A stretch of 63,983 nucleotides of DNA, filler included, from Stramenopiles sp. TOSAG23-2 (GCA_900128395.1; 3 parts of 3 records of this genome joined end to end with filler, not necessarily neighbours in it), one strand, 5' to 3'; positions 11,871 through 23,589 are shown, counted from the first letter of the whole stretch. Program-made: numbers and translations. Notes: a model not told the origin generated them from the letters alone.

Positions 11871-13877
11871 ATGCCAGTTGTTATTATTGTAATAATTATA
11901 TTAATAATATTTTTTGATATTGCATCAATCAAAGCTAATAATCAATATTTAAAGTTACCGAAATATGATCTAGCATTTTCGTTAAATAATAAACCATATA
12001 CGATATCAATGTATTTAAATGATGATCCGAATATTTTAGTCTCTGCTTTTTGTTATGATAATTCTGTAAATAAAAACGATTGTGACAGTATACGTAAAGT
12101 TTTAAAAGAAAAGAAAATACAATTAAGCAGTGCAAGTAGTCAAATTATGAATAATAAAACCAATAACTATGACGATAGTAATAGTGATATCAGTCAATTG
12201 AGAAACATGCCTATAACGTTAGATGAAACAAAATTGGTTCAATTAGATTTATTTGGTGAAAATAGGGATAACTTTTATTATTTAATACAAGATTTTTGTG
12301 AAGAATATGGAATTGCATTGATGGAATGCGATACTTTATTTGATATGGCATTTCAAAAACGGATGGAAGCAGAAGGACAAAATATTTATCAAAAGACGGT
12401 ATCGTCTATAATTGGTGGTAATGATAATAAGGATAAGGACGTGGACAATTTGAATCGTTACGATGTAAAAGATAAAATAAAACAATTTGAGAACAGCTTG
12501 CAAAACATGTTTCATTTATTTATGAGCAATTATGAAACTTTAAGCAATGCATACAAATCTAAAATAGAGCCAACAGCTCGATTATTAGTTGAAAATAGGG
12601 AAATGTATAGTGAAACATTTCGATATTTATTTTTGCTAAGAAAACATGAAAATGATGAAGAAGAAAGAAAAATCATATTGTTTAACAATAATGAATCGTC
12701 ACCACCACTTCCTCATAAACATAACCAATTGTTGCATAATAGAACAAATTCATTAACTTTATCATCGTTTTCATCAGCATTTAATAAAATTTTATCTGAT
12801 ACACAATATGGTATGGCAGATCGACATGGTAGAAATCGTATTGGAGAAGGGTTAAGATTACCAATTGATCGATTTGATGCAAATAATTTCACATATGCTG
12901 AGTATTTACGATATGCAAAGACATCGACACCGGTAATAATCACAGGTATGATATCACAAGTCACGTATGATGGCATTGTTCCAGGATTACCAAATTGGAC
13001 ACTTGAACGATTGAATAAATTATGTTTTAATCGCATTTTTGATTTGAAAAAAATGGTAGTAAATGATACAAACAGTTGGGCAAGAATGAAACTAGAGAAA
13101 AAAATATTAGCGAAAAAATATTTAGATATGATGGAATTTGGTGAAATAACATCTACATCGGTGTTAGAAGATTTATATTTGCATGATGCCTCATTAAAAA
13201 AAGCATGCCCTGAGTTATTGAAAGATGTCATTGTACCAAAATATTTTTCCGAAGATTTAATGCAGCGTTTACCTGCTAGTTTACATTGGCAATATAAGAA
13301 TTACCGAGATTACTGGCCATCTCTTTTTATCAGTGGTAAAAACACATCTTCAGCATTACATGCTGATTGGGCAAATAGCGCTGCATGGATGGGATTGATG
13401 TCAGGAAAAAAACGATGGCGAATTGTGCATCCACGTGATCGTCCTTTATTGTATGAGGATCCTATGAAAAAGAATGTATTTCCTAGCGATCTTTTCAATC
13501 ATGATGATAAAAATTTTCCGACAGTGAAATATGCCAGTGTTTACGAGGCTGTCTTAGAACCAGGTGAAGTCATCTTTATACCATCTGCAGCACCACATCA
13601 AGTTTTAAACATAGGCGAAACTATATCTATTGCGATGAATTTTATTGACATTGCTGCATTTGATTCTTTTAAAAAAGATATAACAAAAAACAAATTTGCT
13701 GGCTCGTTTTCACATTATGTTTGGTTGGATAAGGTATTGGATGCATTTGATAAATTAGATCTTTCTAATGAATATGCTATGTTGACTGCTGCTATGCAAG
13801 GTGATGATTTATTAGTTGAAACAATGAATGTCCCAACACATAAAAGGGTGATTGATTATAAGCTTAAAGTGCATTAA
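11871..13877 (+). CDS. Signal-peptide/anchor JmjC (cupin-like) 2-oxoglutarate/Fe(II) oxygenase
   Basis: Start MPVVIIVIIILIIFF is hydrophobic. JmjC motifs PVIITG, YLHD, P.YF.ED, LFISG..TSS.LHAD, G.K.W and LEPGEVIFIP...PHQV.N give an HxD...H triad. Confidence 0.85.
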   Translation: MPVVIIVIIILIIFFDIASIKANNQYLKLPKYDLAFSLNNKPYTISMYLNDDPNILVSAFCYDNSVNKNDCDSIRKVLKEKKIQLSSASSQIMNNKTNNYDDSNSDISQLRNMPITLDETKLVQLDLFGENRDNFYYLIQDFCEEYGIALMECDTLFDMAFQKRMEAEGQNIYQKTVSSIIGGNDNKDKDVDNLNRYDVKDKIKQFENSLQNMFHLFMSNYETLSNAYKSKIEPTARLLVENREMYSETFRYLFLLRKHENDEEERKIILFNNNESSPPLPHKHNQLLHNRTNSLTLSSFSSAFNKILSDTQYGMADRHGRNRIGEGLRLPIDRFDANNFTYAEYLRYAKTSTPVIITGMISQVTYDGIVPGLPNWTLERLNKLCFNRIFDLKKMVVNDTNSWARMKLEKKILAKKYLDMMEFGEITSTSVLEDLYLHDASLKKACPELLKDVIVPKYFSEDLMQRLPASLHWQYKNYRDYWPSLFISGKNTSSALHADWANSAAWMGLMSGKKRWRIVHPRDRPLLYEDPMKKNVFPSDLFNHDDKNFPTVKYASVYEAVLEPGEVIFIPSAAPHQVLNIGETISIAMNFIDIAAFDSFKKDITKNKFAGSFSHYVWLDKVLDAFDKLDLSNEYAMLTAAMQGDDLLVETMNVPTHKRVIDYKLKVH

Positions 13878-14019
13878 ATATTCATTTATAATATAATGAT
13901 GGTTAAAATCTAAGTTATAATAATTTTACACTTTCCCGTGTTAAGTACGAAGCAATACTCAATCGCAAGAATAATATTCTATCCTATATACTAGATGATA
14001 TAGTAAAGCTCTAATGCAC

Positions 14020-14114
14020 CTCTGCAAACCAATAATACTCTACAAGCACGAGTATGTTTCTATCCTTCCGTGCGCACTCGTTGAACGTGCTGGACGTCGG
14101 GTTCATTCAAAAAC
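14020..14114. repeat. ~95-bp GC-rich dispersed element, copy 2
   Basis: Aligns to 7069-7163 in the same orientation. Confidence 0.85.
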
Positions 14115-14296
14115 GGTGAGGTTGTCGAAGTGAAAGATTATGTTGTGAACAACAAGCGTAATGGTAATATACTTTGATTTTTTTTTAAAAAATAGATTCT
14201 ACGGTTCGTACACGAATAATTACGAATCGTACTTCGTATATTTTATAATATTTAATTTTCCATTAATACGAATTCGTATAAAAAAATGTACATAAA

Positions 14297-15048
14297 TCAC
14301 TGTCTCTCTCTCCATTCTAAATATGTCAATGCCATATCCAAAGTAGAAAGATCCCCCTTGTCCGTATAACGTTTGATACGATCTAATTCCAATGGAACAA
14401 TACCAAATTGATTAGGCACCAATGCATTTTGACTATGATTGATAGGCTTCGTATACCATGGCAATCGATGACCAACCATTGTAAAGACCATCTTCATAGA
14501 TTTCATGTTACCATTGACAACATTATATTTTTTATTAAGTGCATCAATGATGGATAGAAAACATCGAGGCAAATGATATGCAGAACAACAGATCGCCCAC
14601 TTATTTCCAGCATTTGGAAGACTAGCAAAATGTTCAACAACACTATAAGCCTCATTTCTAGTATGAATTATATTTTCATCATGTGCATCAATAAACGGTA
14701 CACGAATAAGACGAGACTCTTCAACTCCATATTTCAATAGCTCTTTCGCCGACCATTGATATCCTTTGTAACCCGACAAACCGGGGGTTGAATCTAAAAT
14801 ATGTACTTTTCTTTCCTTGGATACATTACACCATTCAGCTAATTTTGGAAAAACGCTTTCATCCCCACCATTAGCTGGGTAACAATAACAATAAATATCC
14901 TTTATAGCTCTTGTATCATCATTAAAGCATTGCATGAGAAAAGATGTCCATTTTGTATCATGTTGAACATTTGGTAGGGTATCATCTTGATCACTCATTT
15001 TTTTACGCTTTTTTTTCTTTTGGAAGTGTAAATTGTTGATGACATTAT

Positions 15049-15083
<35 letters not shown>

Positions 15084-16084
15084 TTGCCACCAGTATTTTG
15101 ATCCTTATTAGGACTACTACAATATTTGGAATGCAATTCAACCACATTATCCACTAAATCTTTCTCAATTTCAAAATGGTTTTCTTTTAAAACAACAATT
15201 TCTTGTTTGTTCCTATCATGTAAAATAACTTTATCATAACGCGTATGTAATTCATTTGCAATAACTAAATCAACGTTATATTTATCAATTGCTCCATGAG
15301 CTTTTTTGGTTAAGATTCTTATATCCGTTTCTAATTTAAATGATGTTACGTAAGAATTTTTTGCCCAGCTATTTTTAATTTCGCCTAAAAATTTTGGTAC
15401 TTGTTCCAAATCTAGATGCAAACCACCATCTGCTGATTGAATTTTATGTTCCGCCATTTTACTTGCTGGTATGTAAAAATCACTAACAGCAGCAGCTAAA
15501 AATATAATTGCATTTTTTTTATATATATTCAAGGACATTGATATCATTCTTAATAAATGGATATAATCACCTAAGCTTTTAAATTCAACAGTATGCAACT
15601 TCTTCTTTATGGAGAAATCTTTATATTTTTTCAATGCATCAATTGCTTTTGCCGCATTCGATTGTATTTCTGTTGTCATATTGTTGTTCCTATCTGTATT
15701 TATTGTTTCTACACCTTTCCCAAACATTTTTGATAAATATTCCATTTGACTACAACTTAATGCTTTATTACCAATACCGTGACAAAAATGTCGAGCAAAT
15801 GGTTGAACACAGCCTGTACGTGTTAAATGCACGACGGAATACCCATTTTCTAGGAAATATTCAACACACGCAGCTGCCCTTGTACCGGTACTGAAGTTAT
15901 CTATATAACGTACCGTATTTTTTTCCATCGGTATTATTGTTCCACCACCTGTAACTAATATCATTTTATTATTAATATTTTCATTACAAAATGTTTTAAC
16001 ATTTGTTGTTACTTTATTATAATTTTTCGGTAAAGGAGTCTCTTGAATAAAATTTTGTCGCTTTTGCTCCATGTTGTTTATCAT
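14297..16084 (-). CDS. PPCS: Phosphopantothenate--cysteine ligase (PPCS/CAB2 type) fused to a C-terminal YdcF/DUF218-like domain
   Basis: [38 protein letters not shown]...EHKIQS, SFKLETD and VIANEL motifs. After a Ser-rich linker come GV...I, TRNEA and SAYHLPR motifs. Confidence 0.88.
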
Positions 16085-16414
16085 AGTATATATGTAAATT
16101 AATAAGCATATAGTATTTTTTTTATTTTTTGATATAAAATGTTATTTGTTTACATTCGTAAAAATGATATATGATACGAGGAGTTATTATATGTAAACAA
16201 TACATTAATTTTTTTTATTTATTTATTTATTATTTATTTTCGAATTATATAATTTCAATAATAATATTTATCGTAGTAGCTATTATTAATAGATAGAGCT
16301 ACCCAGGGCTACCATGTTAGTAGCACGTACGTAGAGCGTATATACGCTTCGCTTGCAATGCTAAGTTTATATGCTCAGGTACCCGGAGTACGTAGAGCGT
16401 AGTCTCTATTAGTA

Positions 16415-16438
16415 GCTAGCTGGGCTAGCCCAGCTAGC
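16415..16438. promoter_or_regulatory. Perfect 24-bp palindrome in a TAGC-rich upstream region
   Basis: GCTAGCTGGGCTAGCCCAGCTAGC equals its own reverse complement; function unknown. Confidence 0.4.
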
Positions 16439-17457
16439 ACACATGGGAAAAGACGAGCCCAGCTCGCCAGATAGCAACATTCTAAAGAAGGGGGGCACAT
16501 CTAAACTTAATTATAGCGCTACACATTACCATCAGAATAGTCGTCATCTATAGCTAATTACATGGCGTAGAACTTTTTAGTCGTCTATATATAATGTATC
16601 AGATTGAATATAGAATAGAAAGGAAAGCAGAGCTGTATGACGACGAATAAAAAAACCGATAGTAATAATGATGATAGAAATAACAAAGGTGATGAAAAGA
16701 TGCCGAATGATGTAAAATTAAATTGCACAGAGCTGAATATACCAGAATCGCCACAAATGTCTTCGATACTACCAAGGAGTCAAAAGAAGAGCACTATTTT
16801 TTAAATACACAATTAATGGAATTGAATATGAAATTGAAAAACGTTCTATGAAACGCAACATTTACATGCAAGTTCTGTTATTTTCTGTTAATGGACTGTA
16901 TGTCATGATTACAGATAAACAGATGAAAAAAATGATGTTTGGGACGGACTCTATATTTAGAGAAACGGGAACAACATCTGAAGTTATTGAAAATATACGA
17001 CATTCAGAAATGTATAGACTGGAATTGAGAAGATCTATAAGTGATAAGTGAGTAGAGAAGAGATATAGAGACTGCTGATAATGAATAAAAAGAATATTAT
17101 TTATTTTTTTATATTTAAACTTAGATTTTAACCATCATAAATTTTACACAAATATTTAAAACTAAAAAAATATTTGATTTATTTACGAATGATTTTACAC
17201 CGTTCGTAAATTTAATAAAAAAATATATACAGTCTGTTGGTTTCATATTATCATATCGTATATATAATGATATAATATACGAGTATATTAAATGTCAGTT
17301 ATTATAATATATGATAATATAAAATTATTAATTTACTTAGATTTTTTTAACCATTTATCATGTGATATGATATAATGCATATATTATGATTAGTAGGATT
17401 GACTATGATATAGGTGATACTTCGTACATTTCTGAGATCCCAGAGATTCGATTTTTT

Positions 17458-19242
17458 TTATTTCGCTTCTTGCTGCATTGCTTTAATAGCAGCAATACTT
17501 TGTTTCATAAAAACAAATTTACCTGCAAGCGTTGCAATTTGTTTGTTTGGAATTGTGTATTCTACTTTCTTTTCATTTTTAATCGTTTCGACACATTTAG
17601 CACAATATGTTTCACCCGTTTGAAGAATGCATGGATTATCAAAAATTTGCAAGCATTCCATACATGTCATTTCCCCTTCTACTGCTTCCTCTGCAGCACT
17701 TAATTTTGATAAAGCTGTATTTAATTCTTTCTCCCTTTTCTCTAAATCAATATTATCTTGTGCATTTTTTTCTAATAATTTGTCATTCTCACTTTTTAAT
17801 GCATCACGTTCCCCCATTACTCTTTGGCATTGTTCAGCTAATTCACTAAAACGACTTTCTATCAAACCTCGCATATTTGTTAATCTTTTTGCATCTTCAA
17901 TGGATTTATCACGGTCATTTTTTATTTCTTCAATTTCTTTCAATAATTTATTATTTTCCAAATCTTTCTTTCCCAATTCATTATTGATATTTTCAATTAA
18001 TAGATTATTTTTTGTATTTTCCAATTTCAATTTATTTTCCAAATCAGATATTTCTTTTCGCAATTCCATTTCTACTTCAAGTTTTTCATTTGCGTTTTTC
18101 AATGATTTTTCACGATCAATAGCACTTATTGTTTCGTGATTTTTTAATTCATTTGTCGCTTGGTCTAAATATTGCTTTAAACTATCAATTTCAAGTTTCT
18201 TATCATGTAACTCCGTCGTTAAATTTTTTATTTTTTCACTGGATGTTTTATTTTCCTTTTTCTGTTTTATGAATTCTTTCAACTTGGCATGCAATTCACG
18301 GATTTCTTTCTCGTGATTTGCCATTACTTTTCCAATTCGTGTTTGTAAACTTTGTACTTCGCTTTTTTTTGTATTCAATTTCATATTGAAACCAGATATA
18401 ATTTCATTTTCTTTCAGTTGAAATGTTTTCGTCATTCCATCCATTTCTTTTTGTAATGTTTGTGATTTTGCTTCATACATACCACATTCTTCATCTTTTT
18501 TAAGAAATTTTTCTTTCATTTCTTCATGCAATCTCTTGTATTTCTCCAATTCATGTTCAATGTTGGCAGTATTTGATACAATTTCTTTTGTTGACTCTGT
18601 ACTAATGTCTAATTTTGCATTTAGCATCTTAATTTTCTCTTCATCTTTGTACGATTTATTAGTTAAATGAACAACCGTATTTTGTTTCTCTGTTAATTTT
18701 TGTTCCAACATTTTGTATTTTTCGTTCAATTCTTTATATAAAACATCTTTACGACCGTATCGATCATTTGCCCCGCTTAATTCTTTCCTCAATTTCAACA
18801 CCGCTTCATCTACATTATTTGATGAAGTTTCCAGCTCATTAATTTTTCTGTTGGATTTATTCAAATTAGTAATTAATTCCTGTTTCAAAATATCTTGTTG
18901 TTTTAACAAATTTTGTTGTGTTTCAAGCGCTTCCTTTTGTACTTTTAACTTTTCTTCAAGACTATTTAAAACATCTTTATCATTGATGTATGAATTTTTA
19001 AATTCTTTTATATGCTTAAATAGGTCAGATTCAATTTGTCTATATTTTGCCATAGACATTGATGACGAAGAAGGCAAAGTTGGAGTCATAACTTCCTCCT
19101 GTTGTAGTGGTAAAGTTGTAGTGGATGGCGACGAGATAATTTTTTCAACATGATTATTTGTAATATTACTGTTTTCATCATTCACATTCGTTCTTTCTGA
19201 TTCAACAATAACTTTTAACTCTTTTACACCACCACGAGACAT
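17458..19242 (-). CDS. Long coiled-coil protein with a C-terminal degenerate RING-like domain
   Basis: About 480 aa E/K/L heptad-rich region followed by CMECLQIFDNPCILQTGETYCAKC...PN. Likely ATG at 19242 (MSRGG). Confidence 0.75.
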   Translation of the reverse strand: MSRGGVKELKVIVESERTNVNDENSNITNNHVEKIISSPSTTTLPLQQEEVMTPTLPSSSSMSMAKYRQIESDLFKHIKEFKNSYINDKDVLNSLEEKLKVQKEALETQQNLLKQQDILKQELITNLNKSNRKINELETSSNNVDEAVLKLRKELSGANDRYGRKDVLYKELNEKYKMLEQKLTEKQNTVVHLTNKSYKDEEKIKMLNAKLDISTESTKEIVSNTANIEHELEKYKRLHEEMKEKFLKKDEECGMYEAKSQTLQKEMDGMTKTFQLKENEIISGFNMKLNTKKSEVQSLQTRIGKVMANHEKEIRELHAKLKEFIKQKKENKTSSEKIKNLTTELHDKKLEIDSLKQYLDQATNELKNHETISAIDREKSLKNANEKLEVEMELRKEISDLENKLKLENTKNNLLIENINNELGKKDLENNKLLKEIEEIKNDRDKSIEDAKRLTNMRGLIESRFSELAEQCQRVMGERDALKSENDKLLEKNAQDNIDLEKREKELNTALSKLSAAEEAVEGEMTCMECLQIFDNPCILQTGETYCAKCVETIKNEKKVEYTIPNKQIATLAGKFVFMKQSIAAIKAMQQEAK

Positions 19243-19753
19243 GTTTGTACTTGTATGTTGATATGTATATGTATATGTATATACATATATATGAATGTAT
19301 GTGGATGACAATATACGTATATGTATATGCCAGTTTATCTATATATATTCAATATAGTACTAGTATATATATAAAAAATAATATATAGATTTAATCACGC
19401 GTATATACAGGTGCTACTGATGTACATCATTGTGGTAACCGACCACCAACACACACACACAGCACTATAACGGCCGGCTGTGATTTTTGTTTACCGGTAT
19501 TACCGAGTAGTTGTGTGCTGGTTGTTGCGATGTTGCTGATGGTGGTTGGATAAAATCAATAAAATAGCTACACAACAAATAATCCTTACAATGAACAATG
19601 ATGGTTTATGCATATAGTACCATATACCAAACAAACACAATATACTAAACCAGTCGTTGTGTAACAGAGTGTGATCGTAACTGTATTTCAATCAAAGAGA
19701 AATAATTTACATAATTAGAACTGTATTTTTTTACTTGATCACAATTCGATAAA

Positions 19754-21367
19754 ATGGCATATCACCCACCAAAACGACCACATCCAGAACAACACCCATC
19801 ATTTTTGCAAGAAATCAGACAAGCTGCAGAGTATATTCCACAACAATTTTATTTTGTCTCGTTGTCTAAAAAACCTGTCGAAGCGAGTGATTTAACTTTT
19901 TTAACAACAGATAAAGATTATTTGTACGAACATTTCTTTGCAGACTTTGGACCGCTTAACTTAGCAAAAGTATATCGATATTGCTACGCTATACGATTAA
20001 AATTAGAGGAATGTGCACAAACTGGGAAAACGTTATATCACTATACGTCGCTAGATCCACATAAACGCGCTAACGGCGCGTTTTTATGCGCAGCCTACAG
20101 TTTGTTGATATTAAAAAGGTCTGTACAGCAAGCTTTTCAACCGTTGTTAGGTTGTTTCCCACCATTATCGGCTTTTAGGGATGCCTCCTACGGCTTATGT
20201 ACATATACTATATCTGTTCTTGATTGTTTAAAAGGACTGCACAAAGCGCAACGTTGTAACTTTTTAAATTTACAAAATTTTGATTGCGAATCGTATGAGC
20301 ATTACGAAAAAATTGAAAATGGAGATATTAACTGGATCATACCAAATAAATTTTTAGCCTTTTCTGGACCACATGACAAAGCGAGACAAATGCAAGGAGG
20401 TTTATATACTTTGTCAGCGATGGATTATTCTAAATTATTTAAGCGTCTCGGTGTAGTTGCAGTGATAAGATTGAATACTCCTACATATGATAAGAATACG
20501 TTTATAAAGGAAGGTATTGAACATTATGATTTGTACTTCAAAGATGGAACTGTACCATCTGGGCATTTACTAAGTAATTTTTTCAAAATTGTAGAAGGAA
20601 ACAAACCAATAGCCATTCATTGTAAAGCTGGTCTTGGAAGAACAGGATCCTTGATCGGTGCATATATGATGAAAGTCCATAATTTTACGCCTAAAGAAGC
20701 AATAGCATGGATGCGTATTGTCAGGCCAGGTAGCGTAATAGGTCCTCAACAGCATTGGTTGGAACAAATACATCCACGAATGAAACGTTTGGGTGATAGG
20801 TATAGAAATGAATTCAATGTGTCCGAAAAAACACGTAAAGAAAGACAAAATCAAGCAGGATATCCAAGAGTTTATGCAGGTGAACCATATCGGGCATCAT
20901 TATCTACACATGGCAATAAATCAAGCCGTGAGTTTATCGGGTTTGTTGTAAGGCCATCTACAGAACAAATTCGTACAAGTAGGAACAATAATACCCATAA
21001 TGACCATAGTGAAACTACAATAAGAAATGCTAGACAAATGCATTCACATGCGCGATTTAATCAAAATTCATTAGCAAGAGTACGAACACCAAATTATAAC
21101 AATAAATACATATATAATTGCAACACCAACACGACGAATTACCAAAATGAATCGTTATCACAATTTAAAAGCAACAGTATTCATGAAAGTGTTGGAGATG
21201 GTAAAAGCAATGATTCAACATCTCTAACCACATCCAATTCTTCAAGTAATAAAAAAACTGGTAGAAATAAATATTCTGTCGATAAAATAAATACTATGGA
21301 AAACGGCAACAAGTTAGTAGTTCGTAGCAATTCTATGCCGGAGTTACTTCCACCTCAAACAAGGTAA
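19754..21367 (+). CDS. CDC14: Cdc14 dual-specificity protein phosphatase
   Basis: YEHFFADFGPLNL, FRDASYG, ENGDINWIIPNKFLAFSGP, catalytic HCKAGLGRT and RPGSVIGPQQ. Confidence 0.96.
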   Translation: MAYHPPKRPHPEQHPSFLQEIRQAAEYIPQQFYFVSLSKKPVEASDLTFLTTDKDYLYEHFFADFGPLNLAKVYRYCYAIRLKLEECAQTGKTLYHYTSLDPHKRANGAFLCAAYSLLILKRSVQQAFQPLLGCFPPLSAFRDASYGLCTYTISVLDCLKGLHKAQRCNFLNLQNFDCESYEHYEKIENGDINWIIPNKFLAFSGPHDKARQMQGGLYTLSAMDYSKLFKRLGVVAVIRLNTPTYDKNTFIKEGIEHYDLYFKDGTVPSGHLLSNFFKIVEGNKPIAIHCKAGLGRTGSLIGAYMMKVHNFTPKEAIAWMRIVRPGSVIGPQQHWLEQIHPRMKRLGDRYRNEFNVSEKTRKERQNQAGYPRVYAGEPYRASLSTHGNKSSREFIGFVVRPSTEQIRTSRNNNTHNDHSETTIRNARQMHSHARFNQNSLARVRTPNYNNKYIYNCNTNTTNYQNESLSQFKSNSIHESVGDGKSNDSTSLTTSNSSSNKKTGRNKYSVDKINTMENGNKLVVRSNSMPELLPPQTR

Positions 21368-21383
21368 AGTTTATATATGTGTT

Positions 21384-21649
21384 TTTCTCTTACTCATATG
21401 TTATATAAAATTCTTTTACTCCCGTTTATTAACATCTCAAATCAAAAATGATTTATAAATTTTAGTAAAAATTATTTAGTATTCAAAAGATGTTTCCGCT
21501 GTCTGTGATTCAGAGCTAAATGAAAGAGGTCCAAAGTTTATATATATATTATATAATTTAATTATATAATATAAAAATTTTCTCTTACTCATGTATTATA
21601 TATGTGTTTTTCTCTTACTCATATGTTATATAAAATTCTTTTACTCCCG
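21384..21649 (+). repeat. Copies of the dispersed TTTCTCTTACTCAT...TTCTTTTACTCCCG element (21384-21424, 21579-21592 partial, 21609-21649)
   Basis: The same motif recurs at 41459-41499, 46946-46958 and, inverted, at 58205-58253. Confidence 0.7.
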
Positions 21650-21659
21650 TTTATTAGAG

Positions 21660-21759
21660 NNNNNNNNNNNNNNNNNNNNNNNNNNNNNNNNNNNNNNNNN
21701 NNNTTAATTAATTAANNNNNNNNNNNNNNNNNNNNNNNNNNNNNNNNNNNNNNNNNNNN
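21660..21759. other. Artificial contig linker (N44-TTAATTAATTAA-N44)
   Basis: 100-bp spacer with stop codons in all six frames; identical to 43402-43501. Confidence 0.98.
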
Positions 21760-22179
21760 AGAGTTGGAGTAAAGTTAAAAAACTATAAACTATGTTAAGG
21801 TAAATTTACCGCAAAAAAAAAATTGATAGGAATGTCAGTATAAAATAATTCATTTTTAAAAAAGTATGACACCTTTTAATTTTTTTTAGTTTACCTTGCG
21901 TAAGAAATAACGTGGTGTATTACTCTGTATTGTTTATTATTACACGCACCAACATGATTGTACAATCCAAGACACATGACTGTGGCATTTTTTTTTTTAT
22001 ATTTTACATTTTTTTTTATTTTTAATTAGATTAATTTCTCCTCTAATTTTTATTAATTCAATTAAAAGTATACTCTCCAGCTCTGTCTGATGGCTGATGG
22101 CACATGCACCTTCCCACAGCTACAATTCCAGCATAATATCTCTATTGCATCGTCACTTTCTCGCTCTCTTTTTGACCGT

Positions 22180-23589
22180 TTAACAATTTGGAACATTCAC
22201 TGCTAATCCACCTAAGCTAGTTTCCTTATAATTACTATGCATATCTTCCCCAGTCTCTTTCATTGTTTTAATACATGCATCTAATGAAATCAAATGTGTG
22301 CCATCGCCGCGTAATGCGAGAGATGCGGCACTAACTGCTTTAATAGCTCCCACGCCGTTTCGTTCGATACAAGGCACTTGAACCAACCCACCAACCGGAT
22401 CACAAGTCATACCAAGGTGATGTTCTAATGCAATTTCTGCTGCATTTTCAATTTGCATTGTGCTCCCACCAAGTATTGCACATAAACCTGCTGCTGCCAT
22501 CGCACTAGCACTTCCTATTTCTGCCTGGCAACCACATTCAGCACCACTTATAGATGCTTTGTGTTTAATTAATCCACCAATTGCACTTGCAGTAAGTAAA
22601 AATTCGGAAATTTTATCGATTCCACTATCTGGAATATGTTCTAAATAATATTTCAATGTTGCAGGGACTACACCAGCAGCTCCATTTGTTGGAGATGTTA
22701 CAACCTGTCCACCACATGCATTTTCTTCGTTAACAGCCATTGCATATGTAGATAACCATTCATTTGATGCATGTGGGCTCAATTTTCCTATACGTTTTTC
22801 CTCTAACAATTGTTGATGAATTTTCATCGCTCTTCTTTTAACTTTTAAACCACCAGGTAATATCCCAACGTTGTTTAGACCTCGATATATACAATTATCC
22901 ATGACATTCCAAATTTCATTTATTCCATCTTCAACTTCTTTTCTTGTGTATTTAGATAATTCATTTTCAAGTTTCATCTCTGCAATTGTTTTATTTGATT
23001 GCAAAGACATCATAATCATTTCACTTGACGTTTCAAATGGATATGGAACTGAATTCATGTCATTGTCATCGTCTATATGTTCATCCTCTTCGTTCAGCAT
23101 TTGTTTCTCTGTTTTTATGAATCCACCTCCTATACTATAATATATTTCTTCATGGACTATTTCATCGTTATCATCCAATGCTAATAATTTCATGCCATTT
23201 GGATGCAAATCAACTTTTCCTAAATCAAAGTCAAATATTAAATCTGATTGGGGGTTGAAAGAAATTTCATTTGGTAAAAAATCATGTTTTATTACTAAAT
23301 TAGAATTTAAACGATGCAAATCTGCATCTGCTGCAATACGATCATAGTGTTTTGGATCATGTCCTAATAAACCAAGTATGGCGGCCCGGTCTGAATGGTG
23401 GCCAACACCTGTAAATGCTAAGCTCCCATGTAAAGAAACATGAAATTTTGTAATTTGCTCTCTTACATTGGGTGGTAGAGATTCTTTTAAGTTTTTTAAA
23501 AATTGCAAAGAGGCTATCATTGGGCCCATAGTATGAGATGAAGATGGGCCAATCCCCACTTTAAAAATACTAAACGTTGATAAAAACAT
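22180..23589 (-). CDS. sdaA: Fe-S-dependent L-serine ammonia-lyase (bacterial SdaA type, single chain)
   Basis: [80 protein letters not shown] and [10 protein letters not shown]. Confidence 0.95.
   Translation of the reverse strand: MFLSTFSIFKVGIGPSSSHTMGPMIASLQFLKNLKESLPPNVREQITKFHVSLHGSLAFTGVGHHSDRAAILGLLGHDPKHYDRIAADADLHRLNSNLVIKHDFLPNEISFNPQSDLIFDFDLGKVDLHPNGMKLLALDDNDEIVHEEIYYSIGGGFIKTEKQMLNEEDEHIDDDNDMNSVPYPFETSSEMIMMSLQSNKTIAEMKLENELSKYTRKEVEDGINEIWNVMDNCIYRGLNNVGILPGGLKVKRRAMKIHQQLLEEKRIGKLSPHASNEWLSTYAMAVNEENACGGQVVTSPTNGAAGVVPATLKYYLEHIPDSGIDKISEFLLTASAIGGLIKHKASISGAECGCQAEIGSASAMAAAGLCAILGGSTMQIENAAEIALEHHLGMTCDPVGGLVQVPCIERNGVGAIKAVSAASLALRGDGTHLISLDACIKTMKETGEDMHSNYKETSLGGLAVNVPNC

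Noticed and set aside
16637-17051. Small + strand ORFs (16637-16804, 16848-17051)
   Set aside because: Short, in different frames, with no recognisable motif or splice signals to join them; possibly a gene remnant but unsupported.
21660-21759. TTAATTAATTAA inside N runs as a biological motif
   Set aside because: It is an artificial all-frame-stop contig linker, repeated at 43402-43501. Genes on either side are not neighbours, so no cross-gap gene cluster is claimed.
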